From the IMG/VR virus record IMGVR_UViG_3300033145_003233, positions 372,001-436,000 of that record: a stretch of 64,000 bases of DNA. One strand, written 5' to 3'. Positions within the stretch are counted from its first letter, which is position 1. Every line of letters begins with the position of its first letter. A program made the position numbers and the translations under genes. The notes beneath the pieces are model-generated. The model ran no database searches. It was not told where the DNA came from and saw only the letters and a list, made by a program, of their open reading frames with translations. This document shows positions 38,395 through 47,531 of this stretch, piece after piece.

Positions 38395-38562
38395 TTACCA
38401 ATTCCAATTATCTAAACATTTAACGCAGAACGACTCAAATTCTTCCCTTGTAAGATGAGAATCAGGAGTGACTAATCTATGAATTGCCTTTCCTTCATCT
38501 AAATCCTTATAAGAAATGAATCTGCCGCAAAACTCACATCTTATTCGTTCTACTTTTTTCAT
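38395..38562 (-). CDS. Small Zn-finger protein
   Basis: CEFCGRFI...CVKC; ATGA overlap start. Confidence 0.6.
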   Translation of the reverse strand: MKKVERIRCEFCGRFISYKDLDEGKAIHRLVTPDSHLTREEFESFCVKCLDNWNW

Positions 38563-38918
38563 AAATCTAAAATATCCCACCTCGTTATATCATCATCTAT
38601 ATCTAATATTTTATGCTTTTTTGTGGTAGCATTAATCTCTACAACATGAGCAAAGGGGACTCTCTTCATTGTGGTCTTGACCCCCTTTTTGAAAGCTAAT
38701 AAATCAAGAGTTTGATCTTCGTATATTTTTAAAACTCTTACTTTCTCAAAATCTAAATTAAAAAAATCTTCCTGATGAGGAAGCCACTTCTTCATAGTCA
38801 TAGAAAATTCTATTCTATGATCATAAAGATTTTTAAAAACAATCTTGATAGTATCTATGTCTGACAACTCTTTATTGAAAATAGTTGTAACTATATGTTC
38901 TCGTCTAATAAATCTCAT
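38559..38918 (-). CDS. Hypothetical protein with RWDILDL tag
   Basis: Ends ITRWDILDL-stop. Confidence 0.7.
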   Translation of the reverse strand: MRFIRREHIVTTIFNKELSDIDTIKIVFKNLYDHRIEFSMTMKKWLPHQEDFFNLDFEKVRVLKIYEDQTLDLLAFKKGVKTTMKRVPFAHVVEINATTKKHKILDIDDDITRWDILDL

Positions 38919-38920
38919 CT

Positions 38921-39181
38921 TTAGCAATGCTTCGTAGGATCGTATCTCTCCCTATGACCATCTTTAAATCTAATGTACTTCGGATTTTGTTTTTTAACAT
39001 AATTAGAATCAGCTTCAAAACACTCTCTATCACCTCTCCATCCCCTAATATTCTTGGGAACTTTTATTCTTATACATTTTGTCCCATCAGGAGCATAAAA
39101 AGGTTTATTAATCTTTTTAAATGGTCTTATTTCCTCAAAAATTTCTCCCGTCTCTGGATGTTCAAATTCGTAAATTGGAAT
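38921..39181 (-). CDS. FmdB-like small protein with ATT start, not in ORF track
   Basis: GGGGAG SD then ATT CCA ATT TAC GAA TTT = (M)PIYEFEHPETGEIFEE; 86 codons open, fills an operon gap. Confidence 0.7.
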   Translation of the reverse strand: MPIYEFEHPETGEIFEEIRPFKKINKPFYAPDGTKCIRIKVPKNIRGWRGDRECFEADSNYVKKQNPKYIRFKDGHRERYDPTKHC

Positions 39182-39193
39182 TATTTTTCTCCC

Positions 39194-39724
39194 CTATAAA
39201 TCTAAAATATCAAACCTAGAAATAGATTCCCCTTTAGATTTCTTTTTCCTTTTCTTTTTTACTTTTTTCTTTGATTTTTTCGCTGCCTCAGTCGGAGAAT
39301 CTGGAAAAACCGTGTTCCACTCTATCCCACTAACATGACCCTCATTATATGGTTCACTCAATGTCGAAGAAGATATAGTGAAGCCCGAAGAAAAATGGAC
39401 AGGATTATTAAAATGAATTTGAGAGTTAGCAGTCATATTGATATAATTACCAGAGCTATCCTCGACATATGGCTCAATATGGATAGGATTCTCAGACATT
39501 TGCAATTCACCCGTTTGCACAGTAAGATTAATAGGCAACTGCTTTTCTATTACAAAATTTTTATTTTCAGAAAGATTAAATTGTAAAAATTCTAAAAAAG
39601 TTATACCGGAAACACAACTTTGCATATCATCATGCAAAGTTAAATATTCTGCACGAATATCTAAATAATCTTGTTCTTCATTAAAAACAACTGAGAGATT
39701 TTCTATATTATGCGAATAACTCAT
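39194..39724 (-). CDS. Hypothetical protein with RFDILDL tag
   Basis: Ends ISRFDILDL-stop. Confidence 0.65.
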   Translation of the reverse strand: MSYSHNIENLSVVFNEEQDYLDIRAEYLTLHDDMQSCVSGITFLEFLQFNLSENKNFVIEKQLPINLTVQTGELQMSENPIHIEPYVEDSSGNYINMTANSQIHFNNPVHFSSGFTISSSTLSEPYNEGHVSGIEWNTVFPDSPTEAAKKSKKKVKKKRKKKSKGESISRFDILDL

Positions 39725-39725
39725 T

Positions 39726-39974
39726 TTACAAATCCAATATTTCTAACCTAGATAGACCTTCTTTTCTATCTGGGGAACTTTTAATTTTCACCATAAAATC
39801 TTCGTATTGACTCAAAGATTGCTCCATCTCATATATCATATCAAACAACACGGTATTAGGTTGATCTAATATTTGATCTACCTCCTCAATAGTTAATCCA
39901 TGAAATCTGGCGAAAGATGAGACACCTAATAGGAAGAATATCTCACTAAAACTGCGACCGTGCTGATCACCCAT
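39726..39974 (-). CDS. Hypothetical protein with RLEILDL tag
   Basis: Ends LSRLEILDL-stop. Confidence 0.65.
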   Translation of the reverse strand: MGDQHGRSFSEIFFLLGVSSFARFHGLTIEEVDQILDQPNTVLFDMIYEMEQSLSQYEDFMVKIKSSPDRKEGLSRLEILDL

Positions 39975-40765
39975 TATAAATCTAAGAGGTCAAATCTATC
40001 ACAGTTGTCCTCTTCTCCCCTATAATCCGTCCCTTCCTCTAACTTATCGGAATATATCCCCATAATTTTCCAACCCTTCTCCATAGCTAACTCCTTGGCC
40101 CTCGTAAAAATCCTTCTCCCATATTTTCTTTTAAATTCTTTGTATTTAAATTTGCTATATGCATTATAATGCCTAGTCTCTATTTTTTCCATTGCCAGAA
40201 TATTTCTTGTCGCTTCATCATAAGATATATTCATCAAATGCGGCAAAAAATTATACTTAATTATATGTTCATCTGAATGACCATTACTCCTTAAATATCC
40301 TATTGACCACCCATATGCAAATTCCTCCCTAATCTCACTACTAACAGAACGATGCCCCAAAGCAACATAACAATAATGACACAATTCATGAACAATAACT
40401 TCATCTTTACTTACCTTTGCCTCTATATGATAAGTTCTATTGACAGGAGTTGAGGAACGATGAGCACCACACAACACCACTATCTTCGTAACAGGGTCAT
40501 AGAAACCCTCCACTCCATGATATCCCATTCTATCCATGTCCCTGGCAGCAACTTTGAAAACCACTACATCTTTTACACTGGCCCCTGGAAATAAAGCATC
40601 TACATAATCATAAGCCTTTTGAAAATCTGTGTAATATATTTTCTTGAGAGCTATTTTTCTAATCTTTTCGATATTTTTTTGAGTTAGCTCAAACTGCTTC
40701 TTCGATTCTTGTCTGAAACCATGATCATACAAATAAGAATGAGATAAACTAGTAGCTCTAAACAT
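39974..40765 (-). CDS. Putative zinc metallopeptidase with RFDLLDL tag
   Basis: GFY...IVL, HELCH (HExxH), downstream EEFA. Confidence 0.65.
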   Translation of the reverse strand: MFRATSLSHSYLYDHGFRQESKKQFELTQKNIEKIRKIALKKIYYTDFQKAYDYVDALFPGASVKDVVVFKVAARDMDRMGYHGVEGFYDPVTKIVVLCGAHRSSTPVNRTYHIEAKVSKDEVIVHELCHYCYVALGHRSVSSEIREEFAYGWSIGYLRSNGHSDEHIIKYNFLPHLMNISYDEATRNILAMEKIETRHYNAYSKFKYKEFKRKYGRRIFTRAKELAMEKGWKIMGIYSDKLEEGTDYRGEEDNCDRFDLLDL

Positions 40766-40980
40766 TATCTAATATACCCTTCACATTCTACAATAAATTT
40801 AGGATTACTACCTCTATTATGAACCTTAATAGTCTTCTTAACCCCAACAATACTAAAACTCATTTTTTCTATAGGATGACTACAATCCTGAGTTTGACAT
40901 GTCTCGCAAAGAGGAAAAATAAACCCCTGAGGGCTAACATTTAATTGAGAAACATCAAGCATTTTACATTTATATTCCAT
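40765..40980 (-). CDS. Small Cys-rich hypothetical protein
   Basis: LCETC...C...C. Confidence 0.6.
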   Translation of the reverse strand: MEYKCKMLDVSQLNVSPQGFIFPLCETCQTQDCSHPIEKMSFSIVGVKKTIKVHNRGSNPKFIVECEGYIR

Positions 40981-40985
40981 TATGC

Positions 40986-41570
40986 TTACTTCTTAACCCT
41001 TTTAACACCTTTACCAGAATCGTCTTTCATTGCCCTTCTTAAATTAGAAGCATCTTGCTCGGCACTTAGTGGGTCATCTCCCTTCACCCTAGAACGAATA
41101 ACAGGTCTCTTAACCACTTCCTCTGTTGCTACCTCATCGCCCTCAGAAACAACGGGGCCAACTGGTTGTGCCTTCTCCTCCTGAGGAACAGTTGCATTAA
41201 GTGTCTTACTAATATCAAATGATGAAAGAGGATCAACGTTACTATCCCTAATTATAACAGGAGCTTCAATAGCAACAGAATCACTCTCAGCTATAAGATT
41301 ATCCCTTGCCTCAATAATAGGCATAGGAATAACGCCCCCTCCAAATGAACCCCTCACGCTAGATTGCATAATCCCCTTCCCCCTCAAGAATGCCACTACT
41401 TCCACAAACAATTCCAAAGGAAAACCAGTTGATTCATCTCCATCTTTAATAGTAATAGGAAAAGTTTCATCATTAGAATCATAAATTATATCATATGTCA
41501 CTTTCTCTTTATCTGCCTTATCAAGGGTAAAGATAAATTCTAAAGCCTTGTTTTTCTCTTCTATAGCCAT
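40986..41570 (-). CDS. Hypothetical protein
   Basis: Packed ORF. Confidence 0.7.
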   Translation of the reverse strand: MAIEEKNKALEFIFTLDKADKEKVTYDIIYDSNDETFPITIKDGDESTGFPLELFVEVVAFLRGKGIMQSSVRGSFGGGVIPMPIIEARDNLIAESDSVAIEAPVIIRDSNVDPLSSFDISKTLNATVPQEEKAQPVGPVVSEGDEVATEEVVKRPVIRSRVKGDDPLSAEQDASNLRRAMKDDSGKGVKRVKK

Positions 41571-41804
41571 TTATTTTCTCCTTAGTTTCTCTCTCAATTT
41601 TTCTCTCATTTGCTCTCTTAAAAGCTCCATCTTTAACTCATTTTCGCTGATTATTGGCATTTTCCGAAAAGACTTAAGAAAATTGCCACAATTAGGACAA
41701 TGAGTTCCATAAATATTATCGTATTCTTCTACCAAATGTCCTTTACTATATTTATTTCTATCAATCAAATAACCACATTTATTACATACTATTTTCACAA
41801 TCAC
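41571..41804 (-). CDS. Zinc-ribbon protein
   Basis: CNKCG...CPNCG. Confidence 0.6.
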   Translation of the reverse strand: MIVKIVCNKCGYLIDRNKYSKGHLVEEYDNIYGTHCPNCGNFLKSFRKMPIISENELKMELLREQMREKLREKLRRK

Positions 41805-41812
41805 TTTTCAAC

Positions 41813-42250
41813 CTATTTTTTCTTAGCATTCTTACCTTCCAGTTGAGGTCTTGTCCCATATACTGTATCAAGATAATCAGAATCTACAACAAGTGTGTCA
41901 TAAAAATGTTTCCAGAATTCTTTATTATTCCTAACTAAATCGGGATGAGGTTGAGGTATGTTCCATCCATTTTCTTGCAACCACATAGACAAAACCTGAA
42001 TATCAGGATTATAAAAAAGATCACCTATAGATGGTTCATAACTTAAAATAAAAACATTTCCATCAGCGTGACATTGGACTTCCATTGTCCCAATTCCAGT
42101 AGGGCCTCCTATTGTTAAATAACTTCTTAAAACCCATTCCCCATCATATGGAAATTCCCCCTTCATTAAGTCATCAATATCTTTAAAGACACCATCTGTC
42201 TCATTAAAAGTCACATCAGTAAAATCTATATTATATTCTGCCGGTTCCAT
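41813..42250 (-). CDS. Hypothetical protein
   Basis: Packed ORF. Confidence 0.7.
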   Translation of the reverse strand: MEPAEYNIDFTDVTFNETDGVFKDIDDLMKGEFPYDGEWVLRSYLTIGGPTGIGTMEVQCHADGNVFILSYEPSIGDLFYNPDIQVLSMWLQENGWNIPQPHPDLVRNNKEFWKHFYDTLVVDSDYLDTVYGTRPQLEGKNAKKK

Positions 42251-42251
42251 A

Positions 42252-42884
42252 TTATATATCCCAATCTACACTAGATAAGGTTTCTTTTTCTTTCCTTTTT
42301 AAAAATGCTTTTGATCTTTTTCCTAATCCAGGCGCTAAAAGATGATGAACCTTTTCCAACGTCTCCACATTTTTAGACCTAGCAACAATCTCAACTTTCT
42401 TAAGAAACTCCCGAATAAAATTAAATTCTTCTTCATCTTTATAAGTTAATAAATGATTTCTACAAGTTGTATTAATTAAAAGTAATAGACACTCTATCCT
42501 CTTATTATCTCCTATCTCCAGATTCCCTTCTTCAACAAATTTTGAAAGATTGTCCGCAACTGACTCTATCCTATCTCCCTTATCTAGCTTCATACCTCTT
42601 AAAAAAGATGTCGCAGACTCCTTAACAGAGAGATCATCTAAATCTTTTTTCAAATTAATAATATTAATACCAGAATGACAACCGAAGCAATAATAAGTTT
42701 GATACTTTCTATCATCTGTTCCTAACAAATATACTACAAAAGAAGGATCATTATCTCCAGAATGAATAGGACAATGATAAACTAACTTATCAGTAGACTC
42801 TCTTACTGGATGAATTCCCCTTTCCTCCAGAAAAGTTGTAATCTTATGCTCTTCTAATATTCTATCAATATAATAATCTTTCAT
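42252..42884 (-). CDS. CHC2 zinc-finger (primase Zn-binding domain) protein
   Basis: CPIH..D.DPSF.V....YYCFGC..G. Confidence 0.85.
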   Translation of the reverse strand: MKDYYIDRILEEHKITTFLEERGIHPVRESTDKLVYHCPIHSGDNDPSFVVYLLGTDDRKYQTYYCFGCHSGINIINLKKDLDDLSVKESATSFLRGMKLDKGDRIESVADNLSKFVEEGNLEIGDNKRIECLLLLINTTCRNHLLTYKDEEEFNFIREFLKKVEIVARSKNVETLEKVHHLLAPGLGKRSKAFLKRKEKETLSSVDWDI

Positions 42885-42897
42885 TTTTAAACTCTAT

Positions 42898-44436
42898 TTA
42901 AAATACATCATCTATATCTTGTGATGATTTAGAATCGCTATAACTATAAATGTCATCAGCTTCTTCAAAAACACTACTCTTCTTAATAATATCCTTGTCA
43001 GCTTTCGCCTCATCCACTTGTTCTCCCATAATATCATCTTCTCCATCATTCCCATCATAAAGAGGAGGGCTTTTAATAAGACCAAACTGAGGATAAATTT
43101 CCAATATAGCTCGTGCCTTACCATCTGCAAAAGTAGTTGGACCATTACGAGACTTAACAGTAAATAAATCTAATATTTGATTTGGTTGTGCAGTATTTTT
43201 TAATTGAGCATATATGTTATCAGCATCAGCGGCATATTCATGTGACCCCCTAATATCTTCAGAATTAATAGATGCTTTATCTCTATTTGCTCCTGCTTTT
43301 CTAAGCCTTTTAAGAGCCTCTCTTCCCAACTGGGCAGCAGACACTACTGCAAAATCCAAATCTTTACCCATTTGTCTCATTGACTTTAACATATCTCCAA
43401 TTTCCAGGTCATTACGATCATATCTTTGCCGATCTGCTTCCAGATTAGCCACATAATCAATAACAACTAACTTGGGAGCAATAAGTTCTATATTCCTTTC
43501 TATCTGTCTACCTATCTTACTTACAGTAGTATAGCCACGTTCTTGCATCATAAAGAACTTAGAAGGCAAAGAATCCCAGTTCCTATTCATTTCTTCTATC
43601 TTCTCAAAATCTTCATCTGACAAATCTTTAACATTTTTGGTAATTACTTCAGATGGCAATCGTGCTTCTCTAGCACATGCTCTTCTCCACATTTGGTCTC
43701 GATGCATTTCCAGAGGAACAAATAAAACATCATAACCAGACCTCCATACATTCAAACCGATATTGAGTATCATCGTGCTTTTATAAGCCCCCACATCCGC
43801 CGTGAATAAAGTTAATGTCCCCTTCTCAAGACCAGTAACCATTGTATAATCTATTTCTCTAATGCCGGTTAAGATTGGAGGTTCTTCTATTATTTTGCCG
43901 CTTCTTACATCTGCTATATATTGAGTTCTTTCTTTAGATAATACCCTGATATCATCAAAATAAGCTTTAGCAGAAGGCCCAGTAGTTCTGTCTAATAAAG
44001 TATTACATTTATCAGACAAATCCTGCACAGCACCGATAATGCCTTTAGATTTATAATTTATTTTAAAAGCATCCATAGCGTCAGCTACAGAGTCCTGCAC
44101 ATGACCTTCTAAAACTTTATTGATATATAGTGGCAAATCATCCATCTCCGCATAAGCAGAGAAACAGGCATTAAAAGATAATTCTCGAGAGATTCTTTCT
44201 TTAGGGATTAAATAACTTTTTATTTTTTCTCGAAATGATTTAGGGGTCAAAAGAACCCCATTAATATCATAAGTTTGTAATATCAATGTGACAAGAGGAC
44301 TATAAATATCGCTAAAATATTCTACAGACAAACCACTATCAATAAAAAAATCGATGGCAGATCGGTGATGTAATAAAAGATATATTAATTCTCTTTCTGT
44401 CTGTAAGCTATCTTTATTTTTTGTGGCATTAGCCAT
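42898..44436 (-). CDS. dnaB: Replicative DnaB-like helicase
   Basis: GAYKST Walker A, LEM, VIDY, AQLGR, IRGS..ADAD, KSRNG. Confidence 0.9.
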   Translation of the reverse strand: MANATKNKDSLQTERELIYLLLHHRSAIDFFIDSGLSVEYFSDIYSPLVTLILQTYDINGVLLTPKSFREKIKSYLIPKERISRELSFNACFSAYAEMDDLPLYINKVLEGHVQDSVADAMDAFKINYKSKGIIGAVQDLSDKCNTLLDRTTGPSAKAYFDDIRVLSKERTQYIADVRSGKIIEEPPILTGIREIDYTMVTGLEKGTLTLFTADVGAYKSTMILNIGLNVWRSGYDVLFVPLEMHRDQMWRRACAREARLPSEVITKNVKDLSDEDFEKIEEMNRNWDSLPSKFFMMQERGYTTVSKIGRQIERNIELIAPKLVVIDYVANLEADRQRYDRNDLEIGDMLKSMRQMGKDLDFAVVSAAQLGREALKRLRKAGANRDKASINSEDIRGSHEYAADADNIYAQLKNTAQPNQILDLFTVKSRNGPTTFADGKARAILEIYPQFGLIKSPPLYDGNDGEDDIMGEQVDEAKADKDIIKKSSVFEEADDIYSYSDSKSSQDIDDVF

Positions 44437-44445
44437 TATACGAAT

Positions 44446-45264
44446 TTAATCTGATAGTGGGATTTTATACGTCCTTGAACTTTCAACAATTCTACCAATC
44501 CCCGTCCCAAATTTACTCCCAATAAGTAATGATTCATTTCTAATATCAAATTTAAAAACTAATATAGTTGGAAGTTTGTTTCTATGTCTTTCTATAAAAA
44601 AAGGATCTATATAATCTAATAATAAAGTTGTTTGAGCTGGAGACCTTCTAGTTCTTGAAATATTATCTACAACCAACCAGTTACTACTTTTATAATCTCC
44701 CAAGTCTAACGAATCTTGTAGTAAAGCGTCCATCAACACAGGAAAATCTATCCAATCATAGGTATGATCTCTTCTGCGATAAGTGGTTCTCAGTTCCATA
44801 GCTTCTTTCATAATAATAGATGCTACCATAGTCCTACCTATAGGCTTTTCTGATGAACCGAATATAACAACATCATTTCCCTTATCTGCCCTGCGATTCA
44901 TGACACTTCTTCCTCTCAAAAATTTCATGGTCTCAGACACAGATTTTAATTCTTGTTTCTTCACTTCTTCCCAGCTTATATTCCAACAATATTTGCATAT
45001 CTCATCTTTAGCTGATAAAAGAACAGAAGGAGACATGACCCAATCTGATATGCTTTTATCCCCATTGACGGCATACCCATCAAAATCACAAATAGTATAA
45101 TGGGCGTGTTCTTCTGGAACTACCGCCTCTATATATGCCCATAATTCAGCGAGAGAGGTACATCTTTTCCTCTCTTTATCAGTCAGGTTCTTCTCTGATT
45201 TACCATAATTCTCATGGGCGAAATATCTTATATATTTTGCTCTGATCTTTTCAATATTTTCCAT
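44446..45264 (-). CDS. DnaC/IstB-like helicase loader (degenerate)
   Basis: VVIFG....GRT, WLVVDNI, ER....PTI; adjacent to dnaB. Confidence 0.55.
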   Translation of the reverse strand: MENIEKIRAKYIRYFAHENYGKSEKNLTDKERKRCTSLAELWAYIEAVVPEEHAHYTICDFDGYAVNGDKSISDWVMSPSVLLSAKDEICKYCWNISWEEVKKQELKSVSETMKFLRGRSVMNRRADKGNDVVIFGSSEKPIGRTMVASIIMKEAMELRTTYRRRDHTYDWIDFPVLMDALLQDSLDLGDYKSSNWLVVDNISRTRRSPAQTTLLLDYIDPFFIERHRNKLPTILVFKFDIRNESLLIGSKFGTGIGRIVESSRTYKIPLSD

Positions 45265-45267
45265 AGA

Positions 45268-46926
45268 TTACAAATCTAAATCTCTCGGTGGGTTAGTTAT
45301 CCCATGACTTGCTTTCTTCTTAGGTTCCTCATTAGCCTTCAAACATCTACTATCGGCCCATTCTTTCAACTCTTCAAAATCCCCTTCTCTCATCTTAAAC
45401 AATGGCTTAAAAGCCTTAAGACTTGCAAGGATATCATCAGTATCAATCGGTCTTTTTTTATCATGAAAACCAACCAACATAGCATTATCTATTGCCTTCT
45501 CTATTTCTGCTCCACTATATGTGTCGCTTCTTTCAGACAATAATTCCAAATTAAACTTCTTAGAATCTATACTTCTCAACCTTAGAAGAACCTCAAAAAT
45601 TTCTGCCCTTTCCTCTACATTGGGTAAATCCACAAAGAAAATCTCATCAAACCTACCAGCCCTAAGAAATTCAGGAGGAATGGCCTGATGGTCATTCGCA
45701 GTAGCCACAACAAAAACAGGGGATGTCTTTTCTTGCATCCAAGTTAGAAAAGTACTTAAAACACGACTAGTGGTTCCACCATCCGAGCGACCACTGGAAC
45801 TGTTCCCTGAAATAGCTTTTTCAATTTCGTCAATCCATAATATAGCTGGAGCAATAGCTTCCGCTAATTTAATAGCTTCCCTAGCATTCTTTTCAGAATC
45901 ACCGACAAGAGAACCAAATAGTCTACCAAAGTCCAGTCTAAGCAATGGAATTTTCCACGCACCACTAATAGCCTTGCACACCAGTGACTTCCCACATCCT
46001 GGCAACCCTATAGTTAAGAGACCTCTTGGCTTTTTTAATCCATAATCTTCAGCTTCCTGAGAAAAAGTTGTCTTCCTAGTTTTAATCCACTTAGTTAGTC
46101 TTTTCAAGCCTCCAATATCTTCCATAGATACTATATTATCATAATACTCTAGCATCCCACTCTTACTAATAAGTTGTTTCTTCTCCTGTAAAATATGTGA
46201 GATGTCCCATGAATGATGTGCAACTAAAGATTTAGAAAAGGCAGTTTGTGCTTCCATTAACGTTAATCCGCTAACAGAGTTTATTAATTCTTCTTCTTGA
46301 GCCTTAGTTTTTTTCTCTATATCAGGGATGCTTTTCTGAGCACCTCTTACAACGTCATATAAAGCGTGTCGAATTTCTTTTTTATTAGCAAAAGGAAAAT
46401 CTACCACAGGCATAAGATTTTCCAATACATCTGTAGCCTGATAATAAGGGCCTGTTACGATAGTGCATAAAATAGAATTTAAATTTGAGATAGCTTTAAA
46501 TCTTCTTTCAATATCTGGGTTATCGGTAATGAATCTGAAATAATCTAGCATAACATATATTATACCGTTAACTCCTTTATCTCTTTTCTCCTGAACAGTA
46601 GTTTTCTTTTTCTCGTAGGTTTTAGCCTCGCTAATAATATAGTCGAGAATAGCCAAGGGATTATTTTTCAACTCCTCAGTAGCAGTAACCTCTTCAGCAC
46701 TGGATAGCTCAATTAGTCCATTATAACTATCCCACAAATAACATTCATATCCCTTTACTCTACAGAAGTGGTCCAAGAATTGAATCAGCCTTCTTTCTTC
46801 ATTAGTAGTAATATAAAATAGTGGGTAACGAGAACGTAACAAATTGGTGAAATCGTTCTTAAACTTATCTGTACACATTTCCTGCAATGTTGCTTCACTT
46901 ATTTTCTTGCTAATTTGTTTTGCCAT
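45268..46926 (-). CDS. AAA+ ATPase (Ycf46/SpoVK-like)
   Basis: EERR, IGGL..L, GLPGCGKS, WIDEIEK, TWMQEK, RAGRFDEIFFVDLP. Confidence 0.9.
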   Translation of the reverse strand: MAKQISKKISEATLQEMCTDKFKNDFTNLLRSRYPLFYITTNEERRLIQFLDHFCRVKGYECYLWDSYNGLIELSSAEEVTATEELKNNPLAILDYIISEAKTYEKKKTTVQEKRDKGVNGIIYVMLDYFRFITDNPDIERRFKAISNLNSILCTIVTGPYYQATDVLENLMPVVDFPFANKKEIRHALYDVVRGAQKSIPDIEKKTKAQEEELINSVSGLTLMEAQTAFSKSLVAHHSWDISHILQEKKQLISKSGMLEYYDNIVSMEDIGGLKRLTKWIKTRKTTFSQEAEDYGLKKPRGLLTIGLPGCGKSLVCKAISGAWKIPLLRLDFGRLFGSLVGDSEKNAREAIKLAEAIAPAILWIDEIEKAISGNSSSGRSDGGTTSRVLSTFLTWMQEKTSPVFVVATANDHQAIPPEFLRAGRFDEIFFVDLPNVEERAEIFEVLLRLRSIDSKKFNLELLSERSDTYSGAEIEKAIDNAMLVGFHDKKRPIDTDDILASLKAFKPLFKMREGDFEELKEWADSRCLKANEEPKKKASHGITNPPRDLDL

Positions 46927-46981
46927 TTCTGCTTCCTTTAAACATCAATTACAATAATACTACCATATTCTACATTCTACT

Positions 46982-47009
46982 ATTATACCAATAAACTTTC
47001 ACTTTTCAA
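46982..47009 (-). promoter_or_regulatory. sigma70-like promoter upstream of AAA-dnaC-dnaB operon
   Basis: TTGAAA AGTGAAAGTTTATTGG TATAAT. Confidence 0.75.
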
Positions 47010-47010
47010 G

Positions 47011-47517
47011 TTATATCGGGCGAAGAATGGTAGAAATATCTGTTTTTCTCGAATTTAAGACCTGAACAGGCTTCCATGTAGCCACTCCCTCAAATTCTTG
47101 AAGGTGAGATTCCATCTTTTTTAGAGCTTCGTCCCTCATCTGCCTCTCCCGACCCTTGAGTTCTAAAACATATTTAACAATATATCTCTTCTTTAAAAAT
47201 TTGAAAATCTTCTTATGTTTAACGGCAAGATCGTGATCAGAGATATTAAAACTGCATTTTATTTCTTTTTGATGCTGAATTTGCTTCTGGTTTTTCTTCT
47301 TTTTAGTTTGTTGATATTTCATTTTACCATAATCTAAGATTTTACAAACAGGAGGTTCTCCATCCTTATTAGAGACTTCAACAAGATCCATTCCTTCATC
47401 CTCTGCCATATCTATAGCATCACTCAATAAAACTACTCCCTCTGCCGTACCATCAGGTAAAATCAAATTCACTTTATCAACTCGAATTTGATGATTAATC
47501 CTATATTCTCTGTCCAT
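47011..47517 (-). CDS. infC: Translation initiation factor IF-3
   Basis: IN..IR...V.LI, DLVEVS, PPVCKILDYGK.KY, KEIK, HDL..K, GRE. Confidence 0.93.
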   Translation of the reverse strand: MDREYRINHQIRVDKVNLILPDGTAEGVVLLSDAIDMAEDEGMDLVEVSNKDGEPPVCKILDYGKMKYQQTKKKKNQKQIQHQKEIKCSFNISDHDLAVKHKKIFKFLKKRYIVKYVLELKGRERQMRDEALKKMESHLQEFEGVATWKPVQVLNSRKTDISTILRPI

Positions 47518-47531
47518 CAAACTCCTTTCTC

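Noticed and set aside
38927-39199. Plus-strand 90-aa ORF
   Set aside because: Antisense shadow of the ATT-start minus-strand gene 38921-39181.
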